NCBI GenBank assembly: GCA_963750165.1 | Contig: CAVVPN010000003.1 | Location: 3,168,001 to 3,232,000 of the forward strand | Direction: 5' to 3' | Origin: an uncultured Gemmataceae bacterium | GTDB lineage: Bacteria; Planctomycetota; Planctomycetia; Gemmatales; Gemmataceae | Length of the DNA: 64,000 nt | Translations under genes and position numbers: made by a program | Part shown: positions 9,300 through 19,600 of the stretch, piece after piece | How the letters are laid out: each line of letters opens with the position of its first letter | How positions within the stretch are numbered: the stretch's first letter is position 1 | The notes under the pieces: model-generated | What the model saw: the letters and a program-made list of their open reading frames with translations, nothing else | Databases searched by the model: none | What the model was told of the DNA's origin: nothing

Positions 9300-10613
9300 T
9301 TGAAGATTGCTGTCATCGGCACGGGTTACGTCGGCCTGGTCACGAGCACCTGCCTGGCGGAGAGCGGCAACGACGTCATCGGCATCGACAAGGACGCCGC
9401 CAAAATCGCCCTGCTCGAGGGCGGTCAACTACCGATCTACGAGCCGGGCCTGCTGGAACTGGTGAACCGCAACCGCCGCGAAGGCCGGCTCACGTTCACC
9501 ACCGACCTGGCGGCCGCGGTGGCGCCGGCACAGATCGTTTTCATCGCGGTGGGCACGCCGCAGCGCGACGACGGCGCCGCCGACCTGTCCGCCCTGTGGG
9601 CGGTGGGCGACGCCCTGGCCAAAACCATCAATGGCCCCAACAAAATCGTCATCGTCAAGAGCACCGTGCCGGTCGGCACCAACACCACTCTGCACGAGCG
9701 CCTGGCCGCCCGCTGTCCCCACCCCGTGGACGTGGCCAGCAACCCCGAGTTCCTGAAAGAAGGCGCCGCGGTCGATGACTTCATGAAGCCGGATCGCGTC
9801 GTCGTCGGCGTGCGCCGGCAGGAGGTCGCCGAGACGCTGCACGAGTTGTACTCGCCGTTCCTGCGCACGGAGCGGCCGTTCCTGGTCATGTCGCCCGAGA
9901 GCGCCGAGATGACCAAGTACGTCGCCAACGCCATGCTGGCGACCAAGATCAGCTTCATCAACGAGATGGCCAACCTGTGCGAGCGCGTCGGTGCCGATGT
10001 CAACGACGTGCGCCGCGGCATCGGCCACGACGCCCGCATTGGCTTTCAGTTCCTCTTCCCGGGGGCCGGCTACGGGGGGAGCTGCTTTCCAAAAGACGTT
10101 AGCGCTCTGATTTACCTGGCAAATCAGTTAAAGTCGCCGGTGCGGCTCATGGAGGCGGTCCACCAGGTCAACGAGGCGCAAAAGCACGTCCTGGCGACGA
10201 AGGTGCGTGCCCACTACGGCAGCAGCCTGCGCGACCGCACGCTCGCCATCTGGGGCCTGGCGTTCAAGCCGCGCACCGACGACATCCGCGAGGCGCCTGC
10301 GCTGACGCTCCTTGACGAGTTGCTCAAGGAAGGGGTGCGGCTGCGCGTCCACGACCCGGAGGCGCTGCGCAACGTGCGGGCGCTGTACGGCGACAAGCTG
10401 GAGTACTGCGACCGGCCGTACGGGGCGCTGGAAGGGGCGGACGGGCTGGTGGTCGTGACTGAATGGCAGGAGTTTCGCCGGCCGGATTTCGAGGTGATCC
10501 GCCGGCTGCTGCGCGAGCCGGTCGTCTTTGACGGACGCAATCTGTACGAGCCGAAAACCATGCACGCGCTGGGCTTCACCTATTACGGCATCGGCCGCGT
10601 CCTCAGCGCTTGA
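9300..10613 (+). CDS. ugd: UDP-glucose 6-dehydrogenase
   Basis: [71 protein letters not shown] start. Confidence 0.95.
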   Translation: MKIAVIGTGYVGLVTSTCLAESGNDVIGIDKDAAKIALLEGGQLPIYEPGLLELVNRNRREGRLTFTTDLAAAVAPAQIVFIAVGTPQRDDGAADLSALWAVGDALAKTINGPNKIVIVKSTVPVGTNTTLHERLAARCPHPVDVASNPEFLKEGAAVDDFMKPDRVVVGVRRQEVAETLHELYSPFLRTERPFLVMSPESAEMTKYVANAMLATKISFINEMANLCERVGADVNDVRRGIGHDARIGFQFLFPGAGYGGSCFPKDVSALIYLANQLKSPVRLMEAVHQVNEAQKHVLATKVRAHYGSSLRDRTLAIWGLAFKPRTDDIREAPALTLLDELLKEGVRLRVHDPEALRNVRALYGDKLEYCDRPYGALEGADGLVVVTEWQEFRRPDFEVIRRLLREPVVFDGRNLYEPKTMHALGFTYYGIGRVLSA

Positions 10614-11535
10614 CGGCGACGATGCGGATGGTGTCGGACTGGCGGGTCAGGCAGCCGTACCAGCTGGCCAGCCGGCTCAGCGGCCCAGCGCTCAGCAGCC
10701 GCGCCGCGAGGGTGCCGCGACCGCGCTGCCGGGCCTGGCGCGCGGACCGGCGCAGCCAGGTGGTGTGACACACCATTGTCACCGGTCCCGGCTCCAACCC
10801 CGCCCGCTCCAGCATGCGCCGCAGCGTCCACGGGCTGAAGTGCGTCAGGTGCCGCGGCAGATCGAGGCCGAACCAGTTTGGGCCGAACCAGCGGAACGGC
10901 AAACTGTCGATGTTCGGCACCTCCACCACCAACTTGCCGCCCGGCACTAGCAGACGGTAGGCGGCCCGCAGCACCTCCAGCGGCTCGTGGACGTGCTCCA
11001 GCGCGTGCCACATCGTCACCACGTCGTAACTGCGATCCTGGAGTTCGGGGTGCGGCAACGATCCGACCAGGGCCGGCACACCGAGGGCGCTGCGGACCTG
11101 CTCGACCGCCGTGGCGCTGCAATCCACGCCGGTGACGCGCCAGCCGGCCTGGTGCATGCGCGCCAGGAACGAACCGGCGCCGCAGCCGAAGTCCAGCAGT
11201 CGGCCCTGACCGTGCCAGGCAACGCCCTTGACCGCCGCGCGGCGCCGACCCAGGGCGACGGCGCGCGAACCGGGTTTGCGGTGTGGCCGGTAGTCAGCGG
11301 GATAAAAGGCGGCGATGGCACGGGCAGACGGCCGTGGGTTGGTGAAGCACAGGTCGCAGTCCTGGCACTTGACGACCGCGAACCACAGGGCCAGTTCGCC
11401 GCCGCACGGGTCCGGGGCCTCCAGCAGGAGTTTCCAGCGGCGGCCGCAGCACAGCGGACAGACGATCTCTTCCCATTCCACGCGGGGCACCGGTGCGGCC
11501 GCCGCGGGCGCCAGGTCACACGGCAGAAAGCCCAT
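10603..11535 (-). CDS. Class I SAM-dependent methyltransferase with N-terminal Zn-ribbon
   Basis: CPLC...[40 protein letters not shown] 11535 with GAGGAAGGA RBS; overlaps the 3' end of ugd convergently by 11 bp. Confidence 0.88.
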   Translation of the reverse strand: MGFLPCDLAPAAAAPVPRVEWEEIVCPLCCGRRWKLLLEAPDPCGGELALWFAVVKCQDCDLCFTNPRPSARAIAAFYPADYRPHRKPGSRAVALGRRRAAVKGVAWHGQGRLLDFGCGAGSFLARMHQAGWRVTGVDCSATAVEQVRSALGVPALVGSLPHPELQDRSYDVVTMWHALEHVHEPLEVLRAAYRLLVPGGKLVVEVPNIDSLPFRWFGPNWFGLDLPRHLTHFSPWTLRRMLERAGLEPGPVTMVCHTTWLRRSARQARQRGRGTLAARLLSAGPLSRLASWYGCLTRQSDTIRIVAVKR

Positions 11536-11767
11536 GCACGTCCTTCCTCGTCGCTTGGCGGCGCCATCCGTTACGCCCGGTAGACTATACCGGACGGGGC
11601 AAAAGCAATCAACCCGGGAGTGCGGGCTCGCCCCACCGCGGAGAGCGGCACTTCTTCGGAAAGATCGGCAGCGGGGGAGGAAATCTTGAGCGTTCCCGGA
11701 CCCCACGAACCCCGCTCGGCGCAGGATGGTCTGGGAAGGCTGGCGGCAACGTGATCCGGGAGCACGG

Positions 11768-12826
11768 TCACACATCCATCTCTCCTGGGAAGACGGGCGG
11801 CGGCGGGGGCGGCACGAGAGCAGCCGCGCTCGCCAGGGGAAAGCGAGGCCACAGGCCGGCCACCACCACCGACGCCACCAGGCCCAGCAGGACGCCCTCC
11901 AACCGCTGCACGGCAGGGGTGACGCTGCCGAAGTCGGCCGGGGGTGCCACCACCACCATTGGCAGCACCAGCCCCATCTGCAGGCCCGCGTAGGAATACT
12001 TCCCGGCCGTCCGGGTCAGGTAGGTCGCCACGAACTGGCCGAGGAACAGCAGACTGGCGAGCAACAGGAAGTGCGGCTGCAGACCCACCATCAGGAAGGT
12101 GCCCAGGCTCCAGGCCACGGCCAGTAACAAACCGACAATGCGCAGTTCTCCCTTCAGGATCATCGCCTGCAGGTGCGAGGTGGACGCCAACAGCATGACC
12201 GAGATCGCGGCCTTATCGGGCGGCAGGCCAAGCGCGTGGGCCCCCAGCAGCGTCAGGAGCACCGTGACGGCGAGCATCAGGCTCTGGTTCAGCCAGTCGC
12301 CGCGCACCGGCCAGAGGGGGGCGTCGCCGAACTGGATGCTGAGGTCGCGTTCGACGCCGGCCAGCCAGGTCACCACGGCCGCGACCACCACGCCGAGCGC
12401 GACGGCGGTGAACAGCTCCCAGGCAACCGAGACGGCTGCGGCGGGGTTGGCGTGGCCGATCTGGAACATGGCGACGACGTACAGCCCGGCGTTCAGAAAC
12501 GTGTAGGCCAGCCGACCGGCGAAATAGAGGTAGAAGAAGACGATCAGCAGGACGGCAATCAGGCCCAGGGCGAGCAAGGCGGTGTCGTTGAACCAGGTCA
12601 CCAGGATCAGGCCCGCCAGGATGCCCAGCCCCCGGCCCACCACCCGCTCCAGCCCTTTTTGAAAGCGGGTGAAGGTATACTGGGCCGTCACCATGAAAAC
12701 CGTCCACACGGCCAAATTGCCGTGCGCCAGGCCGAACCACGCGACCAGCGTCAGGCACACCACCGAGGCGACGGCCGTCAACAGGGCCGGGCCCGTGGCG
12801 CCTCTCGTGTCCACAGCTGACGACAT
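11768..12826 (-). CDS. FUSC-family (fusaric acid resistance-like) inner-membrane protein
   Basis: Two repeats of ~5 TM helices with KGLERVVG and KGELRIVG motifs and YSYAGLQMGLVLP; downstream of hlyD-like gene. Confidence 0.8.
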   Translation of the reverse strand: MSSAVDTRGATGPALLTAVASVVCLTLVAWFGLAHGNLAVWTVFMVTAQYTFTRFQKGLERVVGRGLGILAGLILVTWFNDTALLALGLIAVLLIVFFYLYFAGRLAYTFLNAGLYVVAMFQIGHANPAAAVSVAWELFTAVALGVVVAAVVTWLAGVERDLSIQFGDAPLWPVRGDWLNQSLMLAVTVLLTLLGAHALGLPPDKAAISVMLLASTSHLQAMILKGELRIVGLLLAVAWSLGTFLMVGLQPHFLLLASLLFLGQFVATYLTRTAGKYSYAGLQMGLVLPMVVVAPPADFGSVTPAVQRLEGVLLGLVASVVVAGLWPRFPLASAAALVPPPPPPVFPGEMDV

Positions 12827-12838
12827 CGGCGTCACTCC

Positions 12839-12893
12839 CAGAAGTCAGAAGTCAGAAGTCAGAGAATCATTGCTTCTGACTTCTGACTTCTGA
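12839..12893. repeat. Inverted heptamer-repeat hairpin (CAGAAGT)n/(ACTTCTG)n
   Basis: CAGAAGT x3 + CAGA, 11-nt loop, then TCTGACTTCTGACTTCTGA; 19-bp perfect stem 12845-12863 / 12875-12893. Confidence 0.9.
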
Positions 12894-12899
12894 TCCGCG

Positions 12900-14050
12900 T
12901 CAGAGGTAATACAACCAGGCGATGACCTGATGCCAGCCCTCGGTGACGTCGTTGAGCCACCCTTCGGGCTCGGTGTAGACGACGACGCTCCCGGTCATGC
13001 CGACCCGCAGCGGCACGGACTCGGGGTCGTCAAGGGTCAGTCGCACCTGGAAGCGCTGGGCCGGCGGCACCCAGCTCGACGGAACCTTCACATCGGGCAG
13101 CTGACCGGAAGGCACGCCCTGTCCCTGGCTCACCCCCCAGCCGACGGACATCACCTCGGCATCGAAGAGACGGCCGGGCACGCCGCGAAAGGCAATGCGC
13201 GCCGGCTGTCCCTCGCGCACCCCGACCAGCGCGTTCTCGCGGAAGTTGGCCACGATCAACCAGCGACCGGTGTCGATCAACGTCAAGACAGCCTGGCCGG
13301 TGTGGGCGTAGGCACCCTCGCGCAACTGCAGATCGGTAATGAGTCCGTCGCACGGCGCGTACACGCGCGTCCATTCCAGGTTGAGCCGGGCCTCGGCGAG
13401 CTGCGCCTCGACCTCCGCGACCAGCGCATGTTCCTCGTCGATCTGCGCCGCCAGCGCCTCCTCGGCCTTGCGGACCTGCGCCGGGAGCGCTTCAGGGCCG
13501 CCTGCGCTGCCTTGAATTTCTGGAGCGCATCCAGGTATTTCCGGTCGGTGGTGGCCTCCTGCTTGAAGATCTCCTTCTCCTGCAGGTGGACCGCCCGGGC
13601 GTAATCCTCCTCGGCGACCAGCCGCGTATCCTCGGCCTCGGCGGCCACCAGGTCGGCTTCCAACTGGGCAACCTGCTGGACGGCCAGGACCCGTTTCGCG
13701 AGCAGCAGTTCCACCCGGTGCTTGAAGGACCGCCGATCGATCTCGAAAAGCAGATCGCCCTTCTTCACGGTCTGGTTCTCCCGGACGTGGACGCGAACCA
13801 CCTGGCCCTCGACCCGGGGCGCCACCTGAACGACGTAAGCCTGGACGTAGGCCTCCGTGGTAAGGGGGGTGTAGCGATCCGACAGCACGTAATAGGCGAT
13901 CAGGACCGCGATCAACAGCAGGAGGAACAGGATCAGGGACCGTACAGACAGCAACAGCTTCCACCCGATTCTCAGGGGGGAAAGCAATACTGCCAGCAAG
14001 AACCTCCCGAGTCGGCCCAGGAACGAGCGGAAATGGTGCAGTGCCATCAT
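12900..14050 (-). CDS. HlyD/EmrA-family membrane-fusion protein; apparent frameshift at ~13481
   Basis: N-half in ORF 13283-14050 (TM anchor, TTEAYVQAYVVQVAPRVEGQV, KKGDLLFEID). C-half in ORF 12900-13964 (ARLNLEWTRVYAPCDG, IVANFRENAL, PAQRFQVR). One added base joins them as ...LKRSRAQVRKAEE... Confidence 0.88.
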
Positions 14051-14070
14051 GTTGGAAACCTCGCCTCAGG

Positions 14071-15624
14071 CTATTTCACCTCCGGTGACCGATCCCCCTG
14101 CGGGGAGAAACTACCCTGGCGCTGGCCCACGGCGTAGTCCAGGCGCGCCAGGGCGGCCAGGTACGTGTAGGTGGCCGAGAAAAACCGCTGCTGTGATCGA
14201 GTCAAGGCGGCCTCGCTGTCCACGATGTCGGTCGGGGTGGCATTGCCGTTGCGATAGCGGACCCGAAGCAGGCGCAGGTTTTCCTCAGCCTGGACGACGG
14301 CGACCCGCGCCAGGTCGATGCGTTCGCGGGCGGCCATCACGGCGCGGTACGCCAGGTTCACCTGCAGGCTGATGGCGTCCAGGATGACCTGGGCGTCGGC
14401 GATGGCGGCTTCGATGTCCGCCTCGGCCGAGCGCATATCGCCGAGCCGCCGGCCGCCAGCGTAGAGAGGTGCCTCCAGGTGCAGGCCGGCCCCTTCCTGC
14501 CAGCCGGTAATCACGTTTTGCCCGTCGGTATGGCCCGCAACGGCCCGGACGAAGATTCGCGGCAGGAACTCGGCCCGCGCCACTTGCCGGCCCTCCTGGG
14601 CGGCCGCCACCGCTTGCCGGGCCAGGCCGACCTCCGGGCGCTCGGCGGCGGCCCACTCCAGGAGGGAGGCCAGCGCGCCGGGCAAGGGCGGTTGCACTTC
14701 CAGGTCGATCACCTCCAGCGGCCAGCCGGCGTTGCGTCCCATGGCGTTGTTCAGGCGGGCGACCGAGCCCCACTCCCGTTCCCGGGCCAGGACGAGGGCC
14801 TCACGGCTCTCCGACAGCTGGACCTCGGCACGCAGCACGTTCTCCTTGAGCGCGACGCCGCCCTTGCGCCGGGCCACCGTGTCGTGCAGCGTCACCTCGG
14901 CCCGACGAACGGCGTCCTCTTGCACCCGGCGGGACGCACGGGCCAGCAGGACATCCAGGTAAGTCGCGGCCACGTCGAATTCTATGGTTTGCTTGGCCCG
15001 GATGAGCTGAAGTTCCGCGATGCGCTCGCGCGCGATTGCCTGGCGGTAGCGGCCGCCGGTCCGCCCGAAGTCGTACAGGGTCCATTGCAGCCCCACCTCG
15101 GTTTGCGCATACATCCGAGTCGCGATGCCATTCGCCAGGAGGAATCCCGTGGGCCCAGGGACGCCGGGAGCCAGGGTGCCGGAGGTGGTGCCGTCCTGTG
15201 CCAGGATATCGATTTGCGGCAAAAACGGGGCGAAGGCCACTTGCTCCTGGCCGCGGGCGCGTTCGATGGCGGCACGGGCCGACCGCAGCCGAGGGTTGTG
15301 CCGCAGGCCGAAGGCGATGGCGTCGGCCAGCGAGAAGGTCGTCCGCTCGAGTTCGAGGCCGTTGTTCACAGGCGGCCCCAGGGTCGCCTGGCCAGGAGGG
15401 CCAGGTTTGATGACGGTTTCCGCCGGGTTGACATTCAGGTCAGTCGGGACCAGGAGGCGAGCCGCCACGCCAGCCTGGGCGACTTCCGGCGGGATGGGCA
15501 ACGGCCGAGACCAGGAGGCACAACCCGCGACCAGCAGCAGCGGCAGCAGTACGCGCGCCCGGCCATGGCGCCGCGGCACGGCAGCCGTGGGAGTTGAGGG
15601 CCGGGGTGAGGCGATGCACGCCAC
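14071..15624 (-). CDS. TolC-family outer-membrane efflux lipoprotein
   Basis: Lipobox LLLVAGC; SLADAIAFGLRHNP, WTLYDFG, RYRNGNATPTDIVDSE, ARLDYAVG. Start uncertain: GTG 15624 follows AGAGGA, and the ORF is open to 15699. Confidence 0.88.
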   Translation of the reverse strand: MACIASPRPSTPTAAVPRRHGRARVLLPLLLVAGCASWSRPLPIPPEVAQAGVAARLLVPTDLNVNPAETVIKPGPPGQATLGPPVNNGLELERTTFSLADAIAFGLRHNPRLRSARAAIERARGQEQVAFAPFLPQIDILAQDGTTSGTLAPGVPGPTGFLLANGIATRMYAQTEVGLQWTLYDFGRTGGRYRQAIARERIAELQLIRAKQTIEFDVAATYLDVLLARASRRVQEDAVRRAEVTLHDTVARRKGGVALKENVLRAEVQLSESREALVLAREREWGSVARLNNAMGRNAGWPLEVIDLEVQPPLPGALASLLEWAAAERPEVGLARQAVAAAQEGRQVARAEFLPRIFVRAVAGHTDGQNVITGWQEGAGLHLEAPLYAGGRRLGDMRSAEADIEAAIADAQVILDAISLQVNLAYRAVMAARERIDLARVAVVQAEENLRLLRVRYRNGNATPTDIVDSEAALTRSQQRFFSATYTYLAALARLDYAVGQRQGSFSPQGDRSPEVK

Positions 15625-15796
15625 AAGGAGTCCTCTTCTCGGCAGGACGACACCTGGCTGGAACGCGACCCTCGGTGGATGCCAGGACATGGCGATCAAG
15701 ACGAATGGATGCTGACTGTATTATCGGCACAATCGATACGAGGCTTTACTCCACCCTTCAACCACCCAGACACCCCATTCTGCCAGGCACCTGGGG

Positions 15797-15937
15797 GGTG
15801 ACGGCGTCAGCCTGGACGCGCAAGGCGATCTGGTGGCGCAGACCGCCGCCGGCACCGTGCCCCAGCTTGCCTCGGTGGCCTACCAGGAGACCGACGGCGC
15901 CCACCACCCAAAAAGTTCTCCAGCCAGCGGACCCTAA
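15797..15937 (+). pseudogene. Relic fragment resembling the N-terminal domain of SBBP-repeat exoproteins
   Basis: Translates GDGVSLDAQGDLVAQTAAGTVPQLASVAYQETDGAHH, like the recalled 'LSLDAQGDLVLHTAGG...PV.YQE.DG' motif; no start or flanking domain. Confidence 0.5.
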
Positions 15938-16053
15938 CGCCCTTGCTGGGGTTCAATGCTTAACGAAAGCTCCGGCCAGCGAACCTGTGCCAGCCTCAGC
16001 ATGACGATTTGGTGACTTTCGACGTCCCCCCCAGGGGTCAGCCGGCGTGCGGG

Positions 16054-16126
16054 TTCCTTGTAAGGAATGAAAAAATTTTTCATTTTTCCGATTTTTCCTT
16101 GTATTCGCCAAAACATTTCTTACTCT
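16054..16126 (+). promoter_or_regulatory. AT-rich promoter/operator region upstream of giant gene 1, divergent from tolC
   Basis: Palindrome AATGAAAAA-A-TTTTTCATT (16066-16084); palindrome TTCCTT-GT-AAGGAA (16054-16067); direct repeat TTCCTTGTA at 16054 and 16095; TTGTAT-16bp-TACTCT (16099-16126). Confidence 0.45.
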
Positions 16127-16606
16127 AACTTCCCTGGACAGAAATGTCTATTTAACCATGTGTGCGAAGCCACGCTTTCCAGCCTGGTGACGAAGGATTC
16201 GCAACCGTACACGATTAAAAGTTCGCCCTAGCCGATCCCGGGCTCTCCTGTTTCCCCGGTGTCAATCAGTCCGCTGCGCGTTGGCTCCTTTTAGGAAGCA
16301 TGCCGCGGTGTGCGTTGAATGGGTGTCCGGTTGGGTCCTGTAAGCGTTTGTCGATTCGGCATTTGGGACCGGCGAGGCTCGCTATCGGGTTCTTCTTTCT
16401 CTCCCTGCGGCGTGCGGCCTTGGTCCCGAGGCAAAGCTTGCCGCACGTGTGTCTTGTTTTATCGGAATTGTTCCGAACATCCTTGCGCCCACAAAACCAG
16501 TGAAGTTGGACTGCGACCGACCCGGTCCCTCCCCACTTAATGCGCGGGTTCTGAAGACCCCCGCCGATGCTCAATTATCCTTACCCTTGCAACAAGAGAG
16601 TTACCC

Positions 16607-19600
16607 ATGTCTTTCCCGTCGTGGCGTCAGTTGGTGCAGCGGTCTCGTCGCAACGCCGGTGTCGCCGGCCAGAAACGCCGTCCGGCCCTGGCCGGGCACT
16701 TCTTCCGCGGCCTCTGGCTCGAGGCCCTGGAAGACCGCACGCTCCTCTCGACGTACCAGTGGACCGGCGCCAGTTCGGCCCTGTGGAACGTCGCCGGCAA
16801 CTGGACCGGGGGCCCCGCCGGCACCTTCCCCACTGCCGCTGGCGACATCGCCCAGTTCACCGGCACCATCACCGGCAGCACCACGGCCACCGTCAACGCC
16901 GCCATCACCGTCGGCGAGATTGACTTCAACACCGCCAGCAACATCACCATCAACAATACCGGCGGCAACGTCCTGACCCTGGACAACACCGGCGGCGGCA
17001 GCGCCAACGCCATCCTGAACGTCGCCGCCACCAACACCGGCACGCAGGTGATCAGTGCCCCGCTGGCTGTCGCAACCGCCACGCCGCTGACCGCGACTGT
17101 CTCCGGCGGCACGCTGCAACTGACCAACACCGCCACCGGCGCCACCGCCAACGTCATCGGCAGCACGAGCACGTTTACCGTCAACACCGGCGGCACCCTG
17201 CGCGAAAGCGCCGCGGGCTCGGGCTCCCTGACCACGGCCAACCTCACGGACACCGGCGCCCTGGGCAGCGCCGGGCTCACCCTGGCGGGCGGCTCCCTGG
17301 TCATCGACCCGACCGCGTCCACCGCGGCCAACGGCGTGGCCAGCAAGTACATCGTCCAGACCAGCAACCAGATCAACGGCAACGACTTCGTGAACGCGGC
17401 GGCGATCACCGGCGCACCGACCTTCCAGACCAGCGCCGTCGCCGCCGCCCCGGGCCTGGCCAACAGCTTCGCCTTCGGCACCAACGCCCCCGGCACCGGC
17501 CAGTCCTTCGGCGCCAATGTCCCGACCACCAACTTCGCTGCCGTGTGGAACGGCATGCTCCCAATCACCTCGCCGGGGCCCACCACCTTCACCTCGACCA
17601 GCGACGACGCCATGAAGGTCTACGTCGATGGTATGCTCGTGGTCAACAATGACGGTTCCCACGGGCCCACTGGCCAGGCCTCGGGCACGATCAACCTGAC
17701 GCCCGGCCTGCACAACCTGCGCGTGCTCTACGCCCAGAGCAGCGGCGGCGACGAGGCCCTGCTCAGTTACACGCCGGCCGGCGGCACCGCGCAGCCGATC
17801 CCCTTCACCTCCCTGTACACGCCCGACCCGCTCAACCTCGGCAACGCCGTCACCGTGTCGTCTGCCTCGACCATCACGCTCAACGGCGGCAACTTCACCG
17901 CCGTCGGTCTGGGCACCCTGGCCCTCAACGCCAGCCTGACGGTGAACGCCCAGGCGGGCAAGCGCCTGAACTTCAGCGGCGCCACCACCACCTCCACCAG
18001 TTCGGTCACCCTGAACGACAGCGCCGACGTGGGCTTTGTCAGCAGCTACAGCGCCTACCCCTACACCGCCGGCGTGGTCAACCTGCCGGGCGTCACCCTG
18101 GTCAAGCAGGGCGCCGGCCAGCTTATCCTCGACAACACCAACGCCACCTCCTCGAACATCTTCACCGGTTCGACCCTCGACATCCAGGCTGGCCGCGTGG
18201 TGGCCGTCGGCAGCAACACCGCCACCTTCAACGCGGACCCGCTGGGCACCGCCGCCGTCACCATCGACGGCGGCACGCTGTCGCTGGACACGAGCAACGG
18301 CCCCATCACCTTCGATAACGCCGTGGCCGTCACCAACTCCGGCACCCTGGAAGACCAGGCCAACGCGGCGACGCTGATGCTGGGCAGTGCCACGACCACC
18401 AACACCATGAGCATCGCCACCGGCAAGACCCTGACCGTCAACACCTTCGGCGGCTCGCCCCCGGCGCTGGGTAACGCCGCCGGCGCCACCCTGCAGATCA
18501 ACGAGCCCATCAGCGGCGGGGGCGCGCTGGTCGTGAACAGCATCCCGTTCAGCACCACCGCCAACGCCGGCACGGTGATCCTCAACCCGGTGGCCGACAG
18601 CACGTTCACGGGTGGCCTGACCGTCAACGGCGGCCTCGTGAAAGACACGGCCGAGAACGGCCTGGGGGCGGGCCCCGTGGTCGTGAGCGCCAGCAAACAG
18701 GTCACCATCGTCGGCGCCGGCACCGCCACCACCGTCACCGGCTTCACCGTGAAATCGGGCGCCACGCTGCTGGCCGACACCCCCTCCGCCCCAGGCGGCG
18801 CCGGCGGCGGCGTGATGAACGGCGACTTCGAGACCGGCGACCTCACCGGCTGGACGGCGGGGCAGAACGTCACCAACGGCGTCAACGGCCTGCCCACCAT
18901 CACCACGGCGGTCGTCCACACCGGCATGTACGCCGTCGCGATCGGCAACTTCGGCGCGTACCCGTCCCCGGAACCCCTGGGCGACGACTACCTCACGCAG
19001 GTCGTGACTGTGCCGACCAGCAGCCCGAGCTTGACCTTCTGGACCAACGAATACACGACGGACTCGATCTCCTACGACTGGCAGGACGCATACATCATGG
19101 ACGCCACCGGCACCACGCTGCTGGCCACCATCTTCCACGTCTGCCAAACCCAGGGCTGGACCCAGACCACCTTCGACATGACGCCCTACGCCGGCATGAC
19201 CGTGACCATTGAGTTCCTGGTCCACCAGGACGGCTACGGCGATGACACCGGCATGTACGTCGATGATGTCGTCCTCTCTGGCAGCGGCAGCGGCACCACC
19301 ACCTACATGCCCCGCTTCAGCCCCACCGCCGCCGTGAACCTGCAGGGCGGCAGCTTCACCTACAAAAGCGGTGTCGGCGGCACCACCAACGAGACCCTCG
19401 GGGCCATCAACGTCCAGAGCGGCTTGTCCACCGTCACCCTGAATTCGCAGGGCAGCGGCAGCTTGAACGTGGTGGCGGACAGCCTGAACGAGGCCGCCGG
19501 GGCGGCCGTCAACTTCGTCGGCCAGGGGGCCGTCCTGGGCACGGCCAACAATAACCTGACCTTCACCACCGCCCCGACGCAGACCAACGGCATCATCGCC

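Noticed and set aside
8259..11535. rfbB/ugd/methyltransferase as a dedicated glycosylation pathway for the Ser/Thr-rich giants
   Set aside because: No glycosyltransferases are present and the genes are separated from the giants by the efflux cassette; only proximity supports it
13470..13495. Programmed frameshift or true pseudogenisation of hlyD
   Set aside because: No slippery heptamer, both halves are intact, and it has the same -1 signature as three other sites; sequencing error is more parsimonious but unconfirmed
11768..15699. TolC + HlyD as a type I secretion system for the giant proteins
   Set aside because: The partner is a FUSC-type membrane protein, not an ABC ATPase, and the giants have N-terminal leaders and no RTX repeats; this looks like a small-molecule efflux pump
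15934..16574. Short ORFs or a c-di-GMP riboswitch in the leader of giant 1
   Set aside because: The ORFs lack the genome's codon bias; a lone GCAAAGC lacks the rest of the GEMM motif
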